NCBI GenBank assembly: GCA_963790475.1
Contig: CAWBOS010000012.1
Span: forward strand, 992,001 to 1,056,000
Direction of reading: 5' to 3'
From: an uncultured delta proteobacterium
Lineage (GTDB): Bacteria; Desulfobacterota; RBG-13-43-22
Length of the DNA: 64,000 nucleotides
Shown here: piece after piece, positions 27,970-38,388 of the stretch
Numbering within the stretch: position 1 is the first letter of the stretch
Layout of the letters: the number at the start of each line of letters is the position of its first letter
Translations under genes and position numbers: made by a program
Notes under the pieces: model-generated
What the model was told of the DNA's origin: nothing
Database searches by the model: none
The model's input: only the letters and a program-made list of their open reading frames with translations

Positions 27970-28644
27970 CTAAAGTTCCATGTCCTTAAGGTCATCAGCC
28001 AAAATCAGTGTCGGTTCGGTTAAAGATTGGATTTCTTCAGGATTCCATCCGGGAGCAACCTCTTTCAGGATCAGCCCCTTGGCTGTGACCTCAATAACGG
28101 CCAGGTCGGTGACAATCAGGTCAACACAGCGCGGGCAGGTTAAAGGAAGGGTACACTTCTTTACTATCTTGATCCGGTTATCCCGCGTCGTGTGCTCCAT
28201 GGCCACGATAACTTTCTTGATCCCCACAGGCATATCCATGGCCCCGCCGATATTCCCCAGTTTGCCGACCGGGTCCAGGGACCAATTGGCGAGATCTCCC
28301 TGTTCAGACACCTGGAGGGCCCCAAGAACGGTCACATCAAGATGCCCCCCTCTGACCATGACAAAAGAATCCGCGTGATTGAAAAAACACATGCCCGGTT
28401 GCGGGGCCAGAAATTTCCCGCCGGCATTGGTCAGATTAAAATCTGCCAAGGCTTCCTCACCTTCGGTCAAGATGCGTCCGTAACCGAGGATGCCCTGCTC
28501 GGAATGGAAAATGACGGTTTTATCGGGCGGGATATAACTAACCGCGTCCGCGCCGATACCAAACCCAAGATTAACATAATCCCCATCCTGGAATTCTTTG
28601 GCCACCCTCATGGCAACGACTTCCGTATCCAGCCTGATTTTCAT
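27970..28644 (-). CDS. 3-oxoacid CoA-transferase subunit B
   Basis: VNLGFGI, HSEQG (catalytic Glu), RGGHLD, GDLANW, GGAMD, LPLT. Confidence 0.93.
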   Translation of the reverse strand: MKIRLDTEVVAMRVAKEFQDGDYVNLGFGIGADAVSYIPPDKTVIFHSEQGILGYGRILTEGEEALADFNLTNAGGKFLAPQPGMCFFNHADSFVMVRGGHLDVTVLGALQVSEQGDLANWSLDPVGKLGNIGGAMDMPVGIKKVIVAMEHTTRDNRIKIVKKCTLPLTCPRCVDLIVTDLAVIEVTAKGLILKEVAPGWNPEEIQSLTEPTLILADDLKDMEL

Positions 28645-29438
28645 TTCACCTCTCCTTGATTTATCCGCACGATACGATTTACAAAGATTCCCGGTGTAAC
28701 GATGGATTCGGGGTCCAGTTCCCCTGGATTCACAATTTCATCCACTTCAACAATGGTTATTGTGGCTGAGGTCGCGATCAGAGGGTTAAAACTTCTTGAA
28801 GAACCCCGGTAGATCAGATTCCCCAGCAGATCGGCCTTATAGGCCCTGACAAAGCCGATATCAGCCTTGAGCGGTGTTTCAAAAATATAGTCTCGACCCT
28901 GGATATTTCTCTTTTCCTTGCCTTCCTGATAAACGGTATCCACCCCAACCGGGCTGTAAAACCCGCCTAGTCCGGCTCCCCCGGCCCTGATTCTCTCGGC
29001 CAGCGTTCCCTGAGGTACGATTTCCAGTTGAATATCGCCCTTTTTGACCGCCTTTTCCAGGGGAGATTCAATTCCCATGACCGACGTGCCCGCCCATGAA
29101 GTGATCGCTTTTTTTACCTGGCCGTTTTCAATTAAGATGGCCGGTGTTGTATAGCTTTGACCCAGGATAAGTGAATATAACCCCGGGGCGTTGATTCTCT
29201 CCCTTAGTCCGGGTATATCCTCAGATGACTTTTCTTGATATTCCAGCATCCCCACTCCGGATATCTGTCCCAGGTTACAGCCAATAAGGGTTAAGTCCTT
29301 GGCCCCCTGCTCTTTAAGCGCTTTAATCAGCTTTTGGGCAATACCACCAGGGCCGCTAAAAGAGTGAAGCATAATGGTGGAGCCGTCCGGGATATCGGCC
29401 ACAGCTTCTATGAAAGTCCTGAATACTTTGTTTTTCAT
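28641..29438 (-). CDS. 3-oxoacid CoA-transferase subunit A
   Basis: PQGTLAERIRAGGAG, KADLLGNL, FNP, TPGIFV. Confidence 0.93.
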   Translation of the reverse strand: MKNKVFRTFIEAVADIPDGSTIMLHSFSGPGGIAQKLIKALKEQGAKDLTLIGCNLGQISGVGMLEYQEKSSEDIPGLRERINAPGLYSLILGQSYTTPAILIENGQVKKAITSWAGTSVMGIESPLEKAVKKGDIQLEIVPQGTLAERIRAGGAGLGGFYSPVGVDTVYQEGKEKRNIQGRDYIFETPLKADIGFVRAYKADLLGNLIYRGSSRSFNPLIATSATITIVEVDEIVNPGELDPESIVTPGIFVNRIVRINQGEVK

Positions 29439-31141
29439 TTCAATTGTTCTCTCAGCTCTCGCTTGAGAACCTTTCCGGCGGCGCTTACGGGAATCTCGTT
29501 TATAAAAATCACCTCTCTGATTTTTTTGTAGGCAGCCACCTCGCTATTTAAAAATTGCATCACTTCCTCACGGGTGACCTCCTCACCCGGAGCGAGCTTC
29601 AGGAAGGCGACCGGAATCTCCCCCGCATCCGAATCGGGTTTACCGACCACAGCACATTGTTCAACAGCCGGATGCCGGAAGAGAATCTCTTCCAGTTCCC
29701 TTGGATAGACGTTGTAGCCCTTGTAGATGATCATGTCCTTCAGTCTGTCTGTAATAAAAAGGTAGCCCTCTTCATCCATTTTGCCGATGTCACCGGTATG
29801 AAGCCATCCATCCTTCAGTACCTCCGCTGTGGCCTCCGGTTTGTTGTAATACCCTTTCATGACCTGAGGACCTTTGATCAAAACCTCACCTTCCTGTCCG
29901 GGAGGAAGTTCATTCCCTGTGGTGACTTCTACAATCTTGACTTCGGTATCGAAAACCGGCAGACCGACAGATCCAACCCGTGCGCCGGCTGCGCTGAGAG
30001 GCGTCATCGTGGCGCCCATAGTACACTCGGTCAAGCCATATCCTTCGCTGATGTATTCCACTCCGAAAGCTCCGGTAAGTTTTTCAATTATCGCCACGGG
30101 CAAGGGTGCGGCACCTGAACCGGCAAACCTTACGTAGGAAAGGTCATGTTTCTCAAAATCCGGATGATTGATCATGGGAATATACAACTGCGGGGCGCCG
30201 CCGATATAGGTCGCCTTGTATTTGACGATGGCATCCATATACTCTTTCGCATCAAACCTCGGCAGGACCACCATGGTATTTCCCATAAATATCTGGGCAT
30301 TGAGATACCCTACGGTTCCCATGGCATGAAACCAGGGCACCACAACAATAGAGGTTTCCTCATCCCGTCGTATCGGCAATTCTGATAGGAGAACACCGTC
30401 GGGGTATATCGCTTCCCATACCCCGTCTATTTCCTGCACCACAGCGCCGCTGGCCCAGTTGCCGAATTGAAGGACATTGGCCTCGACGTTGGCATGCGTG
30501 AGAACAACGCCTTTTGAAAGTCCAGTGGTACCTCCGGTATAGGCCAGGTGGGCCACATCGTTAGCGGTATCGATATCCACCTGACCGGTGAAAGGCTGGT
30601 ATTTTTTTAAGAGAGGGGCCATATCGGTGGTGTCCGGCACATCCACTTTGGCCAAGGGTTTGAGCGGAGCGGTGATCGGATTGAAACAGTCAGCAATGCT
30701 GGTGGTGATCACCCGTTTAACCTCGGTCTGCGGAATAGCCGAAGCCATACCGGGGTAAAGAAGATCCAGTGTAATTAAGGTTTCAGCCCGGCAATCATTA
30801 AGCTGATAGGTGAATTCTCTGGGTGAAAGAAGAGGACTGAGAGGCGTAAAAACCGCACCGATTCTCATGATGCCGTAATAGGCAATGGCGAATTGGGGGC
30901 AGTTCACCAGATGAATAGAAACCCGGTCTCCCTTTTTAACTCCCAGATCAAGAAGGGCGGAGGCGAAACGTTCGGCAAGCTCCTTGAGTTCGGCATAGGT
31001 GATTTCCGTTCCGGCGAATATGATGGCCAGTCGATTGGGGACCCTTCTTGCGGTTTGTTCCAGGATGTTAAAAATAGGTTTTCCCGGATAAAATTGATTT
31101 CTGGGAAAGCCCTTCGGCCAGGCGTTGAAGTTCTTAGACAT
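29435..31141 (-). CDS. Long-chain fatty-acid--CoA ligase
   Basis: YTGGTTGLSKG, EGYGLTE, LHTGDIG, RLKDMI, GKVLKREL; RBS ggagg before ATG 31141. Confidence 0.95.
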   Translation of the reverse strand: MSKNFNAWPKGFPRNQFYPGKPIFNILEQTARRVPNRLAIIFAGTEITYAELKELAERFASALLDLGVKKGDRVSIHLVNCPQFAIAYYGIMRIGAVFTPLSPLLSPREFTYQLNDCRAETLITLDLLYPGMASAIPQTEVKRVITTSIADCFNPITAPLKPLAKVDVPDTTDMAPLLKKYQPFTGQVDIDTANDVAHLAYTGGTTGLSKGVVLTHANVEANVLQFGNWASGAVVQEIDGVWEAIYPDGVLLSELPIRRDEETSIVVVPWFHAMGTVGYLNAQIFMGNTMVVLPRFDAKEYMDAIVKYKATYIGGAPQLYIPMINHPDFEKHDLSYVRFAGSGAAPLPVAIIEKLTGAFGVEYISEGYGLTECTMGATMTPLSAAGARVGSVGLPVFDTEVKIVEVTTGNELPPGQEGEVLIKGPQVMKGYYNKPEATAEVLKDGWLHTGDIGKMDEEGYLFITDRLKDMIIYKGYNVYPRELEEILFRHPAVEQCAVVGKPDSDAGEIPVAFLKLAPGEEVTREEVMQFLNSEVAAYKKIREVIFINEIPVSAAGKVLKRELREQLK

Positions 31142-31385
31142 GGGAAACCTCCTTCTTAAAGTTGGCATAAAGTACAGGGCAGCAAAAAAGAAATCATTTT
31201 AAACCCAATTTTATCCCCGGCAGATAGTCAGATTAATTATAACTTTTTTTTAAGAAAAACAGGATGCCCTCCTTCCCTCCATGGTTTGAAAAACAGGCCA
31301 CGATCCGGTTATCCATCTCGCAGGGGAAGCTGCACCTGTTCGACCCGGAAACGAAAAAGAGGATCGATTGAACCTCACAAAAATA

Positions 31386-32273
31386 TCATAATCCAAAATC
31401 TTTCAATTCCTGCAGGAGAATTTTCAAAGCGCCCTCGACCTCAGACCCTGCCTTTTTTAAAGGCATCCTTGGTTCACCCCCAAAATAACCTTGCAGGTCC
31501 ATGACCGCCTTTAATCCGCCGATCCCATAAGTAGCCGTCACCGCTTTGGCAATGGGGGTGAGCCGATTCTGCAGGTCCAGAGCTTCGGCACATTTCCCCT
31601 CTCTATAAAGATCCAAAATTCCGGTGCATAAATCAGGGAGGGCATTGGCTACGGCCAGGATGCCCCCCTTCGCACCGACACACAAGGCGGGGAAAAGGAC
31701 CGGTGCCGAGCCGACGAAAACATCAAAGTCCTTATCGGACAGGTGGATGATCTGACTGAGCTGTTCTATATTTCCCGAACTGTCCTTGGCTCCCAAAATG
31801 TTGGGGTGTCGGGAAAGCCGGGCGACCAATGAAGGCTCTAAGTTAACCCCGGTAAACTGGGGGACATTATAGACCAGAATGGGAATACGGGAGGCCTCAG
31901 CCACAGCCCAAAAATGATCATAAAGAACCTGGGGAGTCATCGATCCTTTAAAGTAATAAGGGGTCACCACCAAGGCCAGGTCAGCACCCAGACTGGCCGC
32001 TGAATTGGTAAATTTTATGGTTTCGACAGTTGATTCCAGCCCTGTCCCGACCAGCATGATCTTATCTTCGGGGATGGCCTCCCGGCAGACCTCAATCACT
32101 TTCATTTTTTCTGTTTCACTCAAATAAACCGCCTCCCCGTTGGACCCCAGGACCAGATATCCGGAAAGTTTGGTTCGGTTCCATTTTTGAATATTTTCTT
32201 TCAACCTTTCAAAGGCCACCTCGGCCCCGATAAATGGCGTGGTGATGGGGGGCATTATTCCCTGAAGTTTCAT
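31386..32273 (-). CDS. Dihydrodipicolinate synthase family aldolase (4-hydroxy-2-oxoglutarate aldolase-like)
   Basis: GSNGE, TPYY, YNVP, KDSSG. Confidence 0.92.
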   Translation of the reverse strand: MKLQGIMPPITTPFIGAEVAFERLKENIQKWNRTKLSGYLVLGSNGEAVYLSETEKMKVIEVCREAIPEDKIMLVGTGLESTVETIKFTNSAASLGADLALVVTPYYFKGSMTPQVLYDHFWAVAEASRIPILVYNVPQFTGVNLEPSLVARLSRHPNILGAKDSSGNIEQLSQIIHLSDKDFDVFVGSAPVLFPALCVGAKGGILAVANALPDLCTGILDLYREGKCAEALDLQNRLTPIAKAVTATYGIGGLKAVMDLQGYFGGEPRMPLKKAGSEVEGALKILLQELKDFGL

Positions 32274-32402
32274 AATTCCTCCTTAGGTTGTAAGATGATG
32301 TTATTATAATAAAAATAAGATATTTAAACTTTACCACTCCCCTGGGTAGAAAAAACCCTCCCGGAAAAGGGGAGAACGGGGTGATGTATTTGTTAATAGT
32401 GG

Positions 32403-34034
32403 TCAACGCTGATAAACGGTTTTTCCGTCCACAATGGTCATCAGGACCTTAGTCTCCAGGAGTTGTTCGGGGGGCAGACTTAGAATGTCCCGATCGATGA
32501 CGATCAGGTCCGCCAGTTTTCCCGGCTCGATGCTGCCCAGCCGGTCCTCTTCTTTGGCCAGGTAGGCTCCGTTCCAGGTATAGAGCCGGATAGCATCTAT
32601 CAGATTTATGGCCTCCTCCGGGCCGATAACTTTCCCACTGCCGGTCTTTCGGGTTACCGCGGCATACATCTGAACAAAGGGTCCATAAAAAGTTATGGGA
32701 CAATCATTGTTTCCTCCGGCTATTATACCCATTTCCTGCATGGTCCGGTGAGGATGGAGCCACCGGCTCCTCTCCGGTCCAAAATTCTCGTAATACTGGT
32801 CTCCCAAGCCATACATATATCCGATGCTGCTGGAAGGGGTTACCCCCAGCTCCTTGATTCTTTGAAGCTGCCTGGGCCTACAGCAACTATTGTGCTCAAG
32901 CCGGTGCCGCACATCAGGGATCGGTTTCATCTTTTGAGCTTTTTCGATACAGTCCAGGGCGATGTCAATGCCCCGGTCACCAATGCTGTGGATACTGCAG
33001 CGGAGACCCGACTGATGGGCTTTAAGAACAAGTTGCTCCATGATATCCGGGTCAGTCATCATGAGGCCAAGCCCTTGGGGACCTCTGTTTTGTGGTTCAT
33101 AGACACCGGCTGTTCCTCCGGCTCCCGAGCCATCCCCCATGATCTTAAGGCTCATCACCTTCAGCCAGTCATTCCCAAAACCGCTCTCTATCCCAAGATC
33201 GCTCAGGGCCTCATTAAGGTTAATCCCATCGGGTTCTTTAGGATAGACGCTGACCATGAGATTCAACCTTACCTTTTTGACGCCTTCCTTCAAAAGCTGT
33301 TGATAGGCCCTGATGGCCAGGCTATAACCACTGGCATCATGGGTGGAGGTAATTCCCCACTCAGAAAACTGATTCAGGACCGCTTTAAACCCCTCTTTCA
33401 ACTCTTCAACCGTGTAGGGAGGAATAACCCTGGTGGCCAGCACGGTGGCGGTTTCGTACAGAAGACCAGTCGGTTCATTAATCTGATCTCTATCGATTTT
33501 GCCACCCGGAGGATCCTGGGTACGAGCGCCGATCCCGGCCAGTTCAAGGGCTAAGCTGTTCACCAGGCCCTGGTGCCCCGTATCCGAAAGAATGAAAACA
33601 GGGTTATGGGGAGCCGCCTCATCGAGTTCCCAGCGAGTAATATGCCTGTTCTCGGACAGTTTAGAATCATTGAAATTTCCGCCACGCACCCACTTGCCGG
33701 GGCCAAGCTCTCCCGCCCGTTCTCTCACCATCCGGAGTATGTCCCGGATGCTTTGAACCGACGGTTGGCGACAGTTGATTTCCGTTACCAGGGACGCCGC
33801 CAGGCTGGGATGCGTGTGTGAATCGATGATTCCAGGCAAGACAGTTTTATGCTTAAGGTCAAGGACCTCGGTCCTATCACCGACCAAGGTCATGATTTCA
33901 GGAGTCGAACTACAGGCCAGGAATTTACCTTCTTTAATGGCCACAGCCTCAACGATCGAGTCAGCCTGGTCGACGGTAATTATTTTGCCGTTGATGAGCA
34001 CCCGATCGGCACAAAAAAGGTCTTTCATGGTCAC
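32403..34034 (-). CDS. Amidohydrolase (YtcJ-like)
   Basis: PGIIDSHTH, HSIGD, RLEH, GSIEPGKLAD. Confidence 0.93.
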   Translation of the reverse strand: MTMKDLFCADRVLINGKIITVDQADSIVEAVAIKEGKFLACSSTPEIMTLVGDRTEVLDLKHKTVLPGIIDSHTHPSLAASLVTEINCRQPSVQSIRDILRMVRERAGELGPGKWVRGGNFNDSKLSENRHITRWELDEAAPHNPVFILSDTGHQGLVNSLALELAGIGARTQDPPGGKIDRDQINEPTGLLYETATVLATRVIPPYTVEELKEGFKAVLNQFSEWGITSTHDASGYSLAIRAYQQLLKEGVKKVRLNLMVSVYPKEPDGINLNEALSDLGIESGFGNDWLKVMSLKIMGDGSGAGGTAGVYEPQNRGPQGLGLMMTDPDIMEQLVLKAHQSGLRCSIHSIGDRGIDIALDCIEKAQKMKPIPDVRHRLEHNSCCRPRQLQRIKELGVTPSSSIGYMYGLGDQYYENFGPERSRWLHPHRTMQEMGIIAGGNNDCPITFYGPFVQMYAAVTRKTGSGKVIGPEEAINLIDAIRLYTWNGAYLAKEEDRLGSIEPGKLADLIVIDRDILSLPPEQLLETKVLMTIVDGKTVYQR

Positions 34035-34111
34035 TTCCTCCTTTGGTTACTCGCCATTCATGAGTATTGCCATAGTTAATAGCTTTTCTGACTTTATGCT
34101 CAAAGAAATAT

Positions 34112-34140
34112 AATATAGTGAAACAGCGATAGACCGTCAA
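34112..34140 (-). promoter_or_regulatory. sigma70-type promoter TTGACG-N17-TATATT facing the amidohydrolase operon
   Basis: Reverse complement ttgacg gtctatcgctgtttcac tatatt; 27/29 identical to 18095-18123. Confidence 0.7.
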
Positions 34141-34464
34141 GCGAGAACTCTTTTTATAATCTTATTCAAAGATTGGGAAATCTTCTTTCCGAGGAAGTTA
34201 ATTTATCCATGAGTAATGCTAAGCGAATTGAAAACGCCCTCTTCCAAGGATCAAAAGCAGGATTGACCCATTTTCTATAAATTTACCTTTAAATCCCGAT
34301 CTTGAAAATTGGACCAAGGGGTATCGCCGTTTTGGGTTCATTAATTTCTTGATTTTCATCAAAAAATGCTTATGCTAATTAAGTAGGCCCTCTTAAGTAC
34401 ACTGACAGTTACGAACGGAATTAGACATATCTAATAAAAAAATAAATTTGAGGAGGAGAAGGCC

Positions 34465-35142
34465 ATGGAAATCAATTACAAAGGTTTTATGAGGGAAATG
34501 ATCCAAAGAAATCCGGTAACTATTGGCCCGGAGGCATCGTTTTTTGATGCGCGAAAAATCATCCGGGATAATGGGATCAGACATTTGCCGGTAGTGGATA
34601 ATGAAAATAAACTGGTCGGCATTGTTACCGACCGGGACATTCGGGAAGCGGCTCCTTCGGATGCCACGTCCTTAAGTGTCGGCGAAATTAATTATCTGCT
34701 GGGGAAATTACAGGTTTTATCGTTTATGACGCCCCAAAAGAATTTAATCACCATCTCCCCCGACACCCTGGTGGAAGAAGCGGTACAATTGATGCATGAT
34801 AAAAAAATTGGCTGTATTCCCGTTGTGGAAGATGGAAAGCTTTATGGAATTTTTACCGAAACGGATGCCCTGGCCTTGCTGGTTGACTTATTCGGCATCA
34901 AGCAGAAAGGGACTCGTCTGACTGTCGCTGTTGAAGATAAGCCTGGTGAATTATGCGCTATTTTTGAAGTGTTTAAAAAGCATGATACCAGTGTGATCAG
35001 CATCACTTCCCCATCGTTTGTCGTCGATGGAAAAAGGCTCACAGCAATTCGAATCAGAACTGAAAAATATAAGGATATCGTTCAAGATCTGGAGAAAGCG
35101 GGCTTTCCCGTATTATCCATTGGCCAGTGGCCGTCAGTTTAG
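34465..35142 (+). CDS. CBS + ACT domain protein (AcuB-like)
   Basis: IRHLPVV...GIVTDRD, IGCIPVV...GIFTETD, DKPGEL. Confidence 0.92.
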   Translation: MEINYKGFMREMIQRNPVTIGPEASFFDARKIIRDNGIRHLPVVDNENKLVGIVTDRDIREAAPSDATSLSVGEINYLLGKLQVLSFMTPQKNLITISPDTLVEEAVQLMHDKKIGCIPVVEDGKLYGIFTETDALALLVDLFGIKQKGTRLTVAVEDKPGELCAIFEVFKKHDTSVISITSPSFVVDGKRLTAIRIRTEKYKDIVQDLEKAGFPVLSIGQWPSV

Positions 35143-35195
35143 TGCGCTGTAAAAATCTTACCCGACCGCCAAGCCAAGTTGGGTGAAACCTGAAG

Positions 35196-35696
35196 ATGGA
35201 CTCAACGGATGCGCGTGCGTCGGCCGTCGATCAAGAATGGCTCATAAACGTTTATCCGCTCTACCTCCACGACCTCTCTGAGTTCGATGACCACTACTAC
35301 ACGTTGAACCAGCGAGTATTGTGGGAGCCGGACTATCTGCCAAACTGGCTCGAGGAGGACAGGGACCATTCGCTGATCATCAGCGAGTCGGGTTGCCGAG
35401 TCGGTTTCGCCTTGGTAAACGAGGCGCCGTCGCCCTACCTGATGCCGGGAATCCGCTATCGACTGCCGGAGTTCTTTGTGCTGAGGAAGTATCGTCGTTG
35501 TGGTCTCGGACGTCGCTCGGGCCTGGCACTCCTCGACCAATTCCGCGGAAGGTGGCAGCTAAGCGTGCTACCCCGCAACGGACCGGCGATTTGCTTCTGG
35601 CGCTCGATATTGGCCGATTATCCCGGGGGCCTCTGTCCGGAGGCCACGGAATCGGGCGATGTTCTTTACCTCTTCGACACTGGTCAAGACAGATAA
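35196..35696 (+). CDS. GNAT family N-acetyltransferase
   Basis: YLHDLSEF, VGFALV, EFFVLRKYRRCGLG, NGPAICFW. Confidence 0.85.
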   Translation: MDSTDARASAVDQEWLINVYPLYLHDLSEFDDHYYTLNQRVLWEPDYLPNWLEEDRDHSLIISESGCRVGFALVNEAPSPYLMPGIRYRLPEFFVLRKYRRCGLGRRSGLALLDQFRGRWQLSVLPRNGPAICFWRSILADYPGGLCPEATESGDVLYLFDTGQDR

Positions 35697-35902
35697 GGGG
35701 AGATATTCTTTCCCAAGCGGAGAGTTAAGGCCGCAGCCCTTAAGCGCATAGGTCCCGGTGGCTTCTTCCCTGGCGCTGGAACGGCCCGCCGGGGAAGGCC
35801 AGGTCAATTGCAACTTTCGAATCGTAATCGTTAGTTCAAGCACATTCCGACAATAAGACTACAAAAGGATTATCAGAAACCGAATAAAAGGAGGTTAGAA
35901 TT

Positions 35903-36478
35903 ATGAAGGTGGTAGCTATTAACGGAAGTCCACGGAAGAAGGGGAATACATGGACTTCTTTAAATAAAGTGCTGGACGAATTAAAAGCAGAAGGGATAGA
36001 GACTGAACTGATTCAACTCGGGGGGAAAAAGGTTCACGGCTGTATCGCCTGTTATAAATGTATGGAAAAAAAGGATCGAAAATGCCATGGCCACAAGGAC
36101 GAAATGAATGAATTCATTTCAAAAATTGATGAAGCCGATGGCATTCTGATTGGTTCGCCGACCTACTTTGGTTCATGCAGCACGGAAGTCAAAGCCCTGA
36201 TCGATCGTTGCGGTCTGGTGGCCATCGCCAACGACAGAATGCTTTCCAGGAAAGTCGGGGCAGCGGTTGTCGCCGTTCGAAGGCAGGGGGCTACGCAGGT
36301 GTTCAACCAGATAAACATGCTCTTTTTCATAAATAACATGATCGTTCCCGGATCCACCTATTGGAATCTGGCGGTGGGATTAAATCCGGGAGACGTGCTA
36401 AAGGACCAAGAAGGCATGCAGACCTTGTCCAATCTCGGGAAAAACATGGCCTGGCTGCTAAAAAAACTTGAGGAATAA
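35903..36478 (+). CDS. Flavodoxin family / iron-sulfur flavoprotein
   Basis: NGSPRKKGNT, CIACYKC....C, GSPTYFG. Confidence 0.93.
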   Translation: MKVVAINGSPRKKGNTWTSLNKVLDELKAEGIETELIQLGGKKVHGCIACYKCMEKKDRKCHGHKDEMNEFISKIDEADGILIGSPTYFGSCSTEVKALIDRCGLVAIANDRMLSRKVGAAVVAVRRQGATQVFNQINMLFFINNMIVPGSTYWNLAVGLNPGDVLKDQEGMQTLSNLGKNMAWLLKKLEE

Positions 36479-36649
36479 AGAACGACCTCTTATCTATTGA
36501 TTCCGTTACTGAAATTTCCTAAAAATTAAATAGATAAGAGGAGGCCGTCCGAAATAATCTTATCTTTCCTGTTAATTTTCCAGGTCTTTTATCCTTAAAT
36601 TCGGGAAAGTGTCGGTAGTGGGTTAATTGAAACTGACCCACCACAAAAA

Positions 36650-36753
36650 TGTCGTAATTTTTTACAATTTCGATAATTTTAAAAATACTGTAAAAACAAT
36701 TAGTTATGCGTTATTAGGATCAAATACGAAAAATTTCGTCGGCATTCTTTACA
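36650..36753. promoter_or_regulatory. Two candidate enhancer boxes (T/C)GTCG-N6-TTTACA for a sigma54 activator
   Basis: tgtcgtaattttttaca (36650-36666) and cgtcggcattctttaca (36737-36753), upstream of the sigma54 site. Confidence 0.55.
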
Positions 36754-36854
36754 ATTTCTTCGGCGGCGGGCAACTGTCTCCTATGTTGAAGCCTTAAGAG
36801 CTTTTTTAATAATATCAGGTAGTTTTACTAACTTTGGTCTCTTAATGGGAAAAT

Positions 36855-36870
36855 TGGCACAGATATTGCT
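36855..36870 (+). promoter_or_regulatory. sigma54 promoter (-24/-12)
   Basis: TGGCAC-agata-TTGCT, 55 nt upstream of the PEP-CTERM gene. Confidence 0.8.
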
Positions 36871-36925
36871 CTTAAAATAATTCTAAGAAGTCAAATATAA
36901 AAGATTAAGGAAGTCAAAAAAGACC

Positions 36926-37636
36926 ATGAAAAAAAGAAATTTATTAATTTTGGGTATTATTTTTACGGTGGTGACCCTGATTTCGGCCCCAGTGGGCGCT
37001 ACCTCGATCACGTTTACCGGCTCAAGCGGGAACCTTTCAGCCTCAGCTCTATTTGACTTGACTGGGAATACGTTGACCATTACACTGACGAATACGTCCT
37101 TGGCTGATGTCTTGGTTCCGACGGATGTATTAACGGGTTTGTTCTTCGACACCAACCCTGCCCATACCCTTACACCCGTTTCTGCTTCATTGAACGGTTC
37201 AACAGTATACTATGGATCTTTGACTGATGTAGGTGACGGATGGGGATACGGAGCTGGAGTTAGCGCCCATGAGGAAAACAGCGCTATTTCTGCTTCAGGA
37301 GCTGTTAATGGTCTTGGCCATAGTAATTTTTCAAGTAATAATAATGCCTTACAAGGATTGGATTATGGTATTCTTAGTGCTGGAGACAATACAGCGACCG
37401 ACAACGGCGGGATCCATGGACCATTGATCAAGAACTCTGTCCAATTCGCTCTTACGGCAGGATCAGGGTTCTCCCTTAGCGATTTGGGGAACAATGTAGT
37501 ATTCCAATACGGCACCGCCCTGACTGATCCCAATTTTCCAAACGATCCCACTTCGGTTCCCGAGCCGAGTGTGCTCCTTCTTCTGGGCGCAGGCTTGATC
37601 GGACTCGGGGCCTTCAGGAGACGCTTTAAAAAATAA
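36926..37636 (+). CDS. PEP-CTERM (exosortase-dependent) surface protein
   Basis: Signal peptide; C-terminal VPEPSVLLLLGAGLIGLGAFRRRFKK. Confidence 0.95.
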   Translation: MKKRNLLILGIIFTVVTLISAPVGATSITFTGSSGNLSASALFDLTGNTLTITLTNTSLADVLVPTDVLTGLFFDTNPAHTLTPVSASLNGSTVYYGSLTDVGDGWGYGAGVSAHEENSAISASGAVNGLGHSNFSSNNNALQGLDYGILSAGDNTATDNGGIHGPLIKNSVQFALTAGSGFSLSDLGNNVVFQYGTALTDPNFPNDPTSVPEPSVLLLLGAGLIGLGAFRRRFKK

Positions 37637-37658
37637 TCCACCCTTAATTTGAAAATAC

Positions 37659-37690
37659 AAAGGCAGAGTCATTCGGCTCTGCCTTTTTTA
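37659..37690 (+). terminator. Intrinsic terminator
   Basis: aaaggcagagtc-attc-ggctctgcctttttt; homologous copy at 42430. Confidence 0.8.
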
Positions 37691-37940
37691 TGCACATTTG
37701 AAACCGTAACAGAGAATTTTCGGAACGATAGCTTTAAAATAGTTGTCGTGAAGTTCGCAAGCAGGAAGGATTTACCTCTTCGTTTCCCCGCATCACTTTT
37801 TATTGGTAAAGTCCAGACCGGCAAAGTCCCATTTTCTTCAGAAGACTCCCGCCACCCCTTGCTGTTGGCCCTGTCTTTCTCATTGACCCTGTCTTTATTT
37901 TCTTTTATACTTTTCCCATCAAAAAGAAAATTATAATAAA

Positions 37941-38294
37941 ATGAAACTTAGAGAAATTATCGATACTCTGGACGCTACCCTTATTTGTGGGACCGCCTGT
38001 CTCGAACGGGAAGTGAAAACCGCCGGAGCCAGCGATCTCATGAGCGACATACTGGCAGGGTTTTCCGACGGATGTGTGCTGCTGACCGGCCTGACCACGA
38101 TTCAGGTGATCCGTACGGCAATGGTGACGGGAGTAGGGGCGATCGTTTTTGTGCGCCGCAAGCGGCCTACGGAGGAGGCCCTCGAACTGGCTCGGGCGGA
38201 AAACATGCCGTTGATATCGACCCCCTACTCGATGTTTGTTTCTTGTGGAAGGCTGCATGATAGGGGTATTACCGGGCTCGATGGTTCTCGATAG
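37941..38294 (+). CDS. DRTGG domain protein
   Basis: ASDLMSDILA, LLTGL, AIVFVR. Confidence 0.85.
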   Translation: MKLREIIDTLDATLICGTACLEREVKTAGASDLMSDILAGFSDGCVLLTGLTTIQVIRTAMVTGVGAIVFVRRKRPTEEALELARAENMPLISTPYSMFVSCGRLHDRGITGLDGSR

Positions 38295-38388
38295 GGTCGC
38301 ACTGGCCCGGCCCTGAACCGGGGACCCCGATAGGCGCGCTGGCATCATTTCCGGGTTCATCCCCAGGCAGAAAGGCAACATTTCCCCT

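Noticed and set aside
27851-32340. TGGTAAAGT (27861, 37805, reverse near 32328) as a GntR/FadR-type operator
   Set aside because: Only a half-site, and two of the three occurrences are explained by the duplicated intergenic module.
35178-35696. GNAT gene as an integron cassette (GTTGGGT just upstream of the ATG)
   Set aside because: No RYYYAAC inverse core or attC fold follows the stop codon, and a 7-mer match is expected by chance.
38295-38385. GC-rich intergenic stretch as a possible tRNA or ncRNA
   Set aside because: No cloverleaf, T-loop consensus or CCA end.
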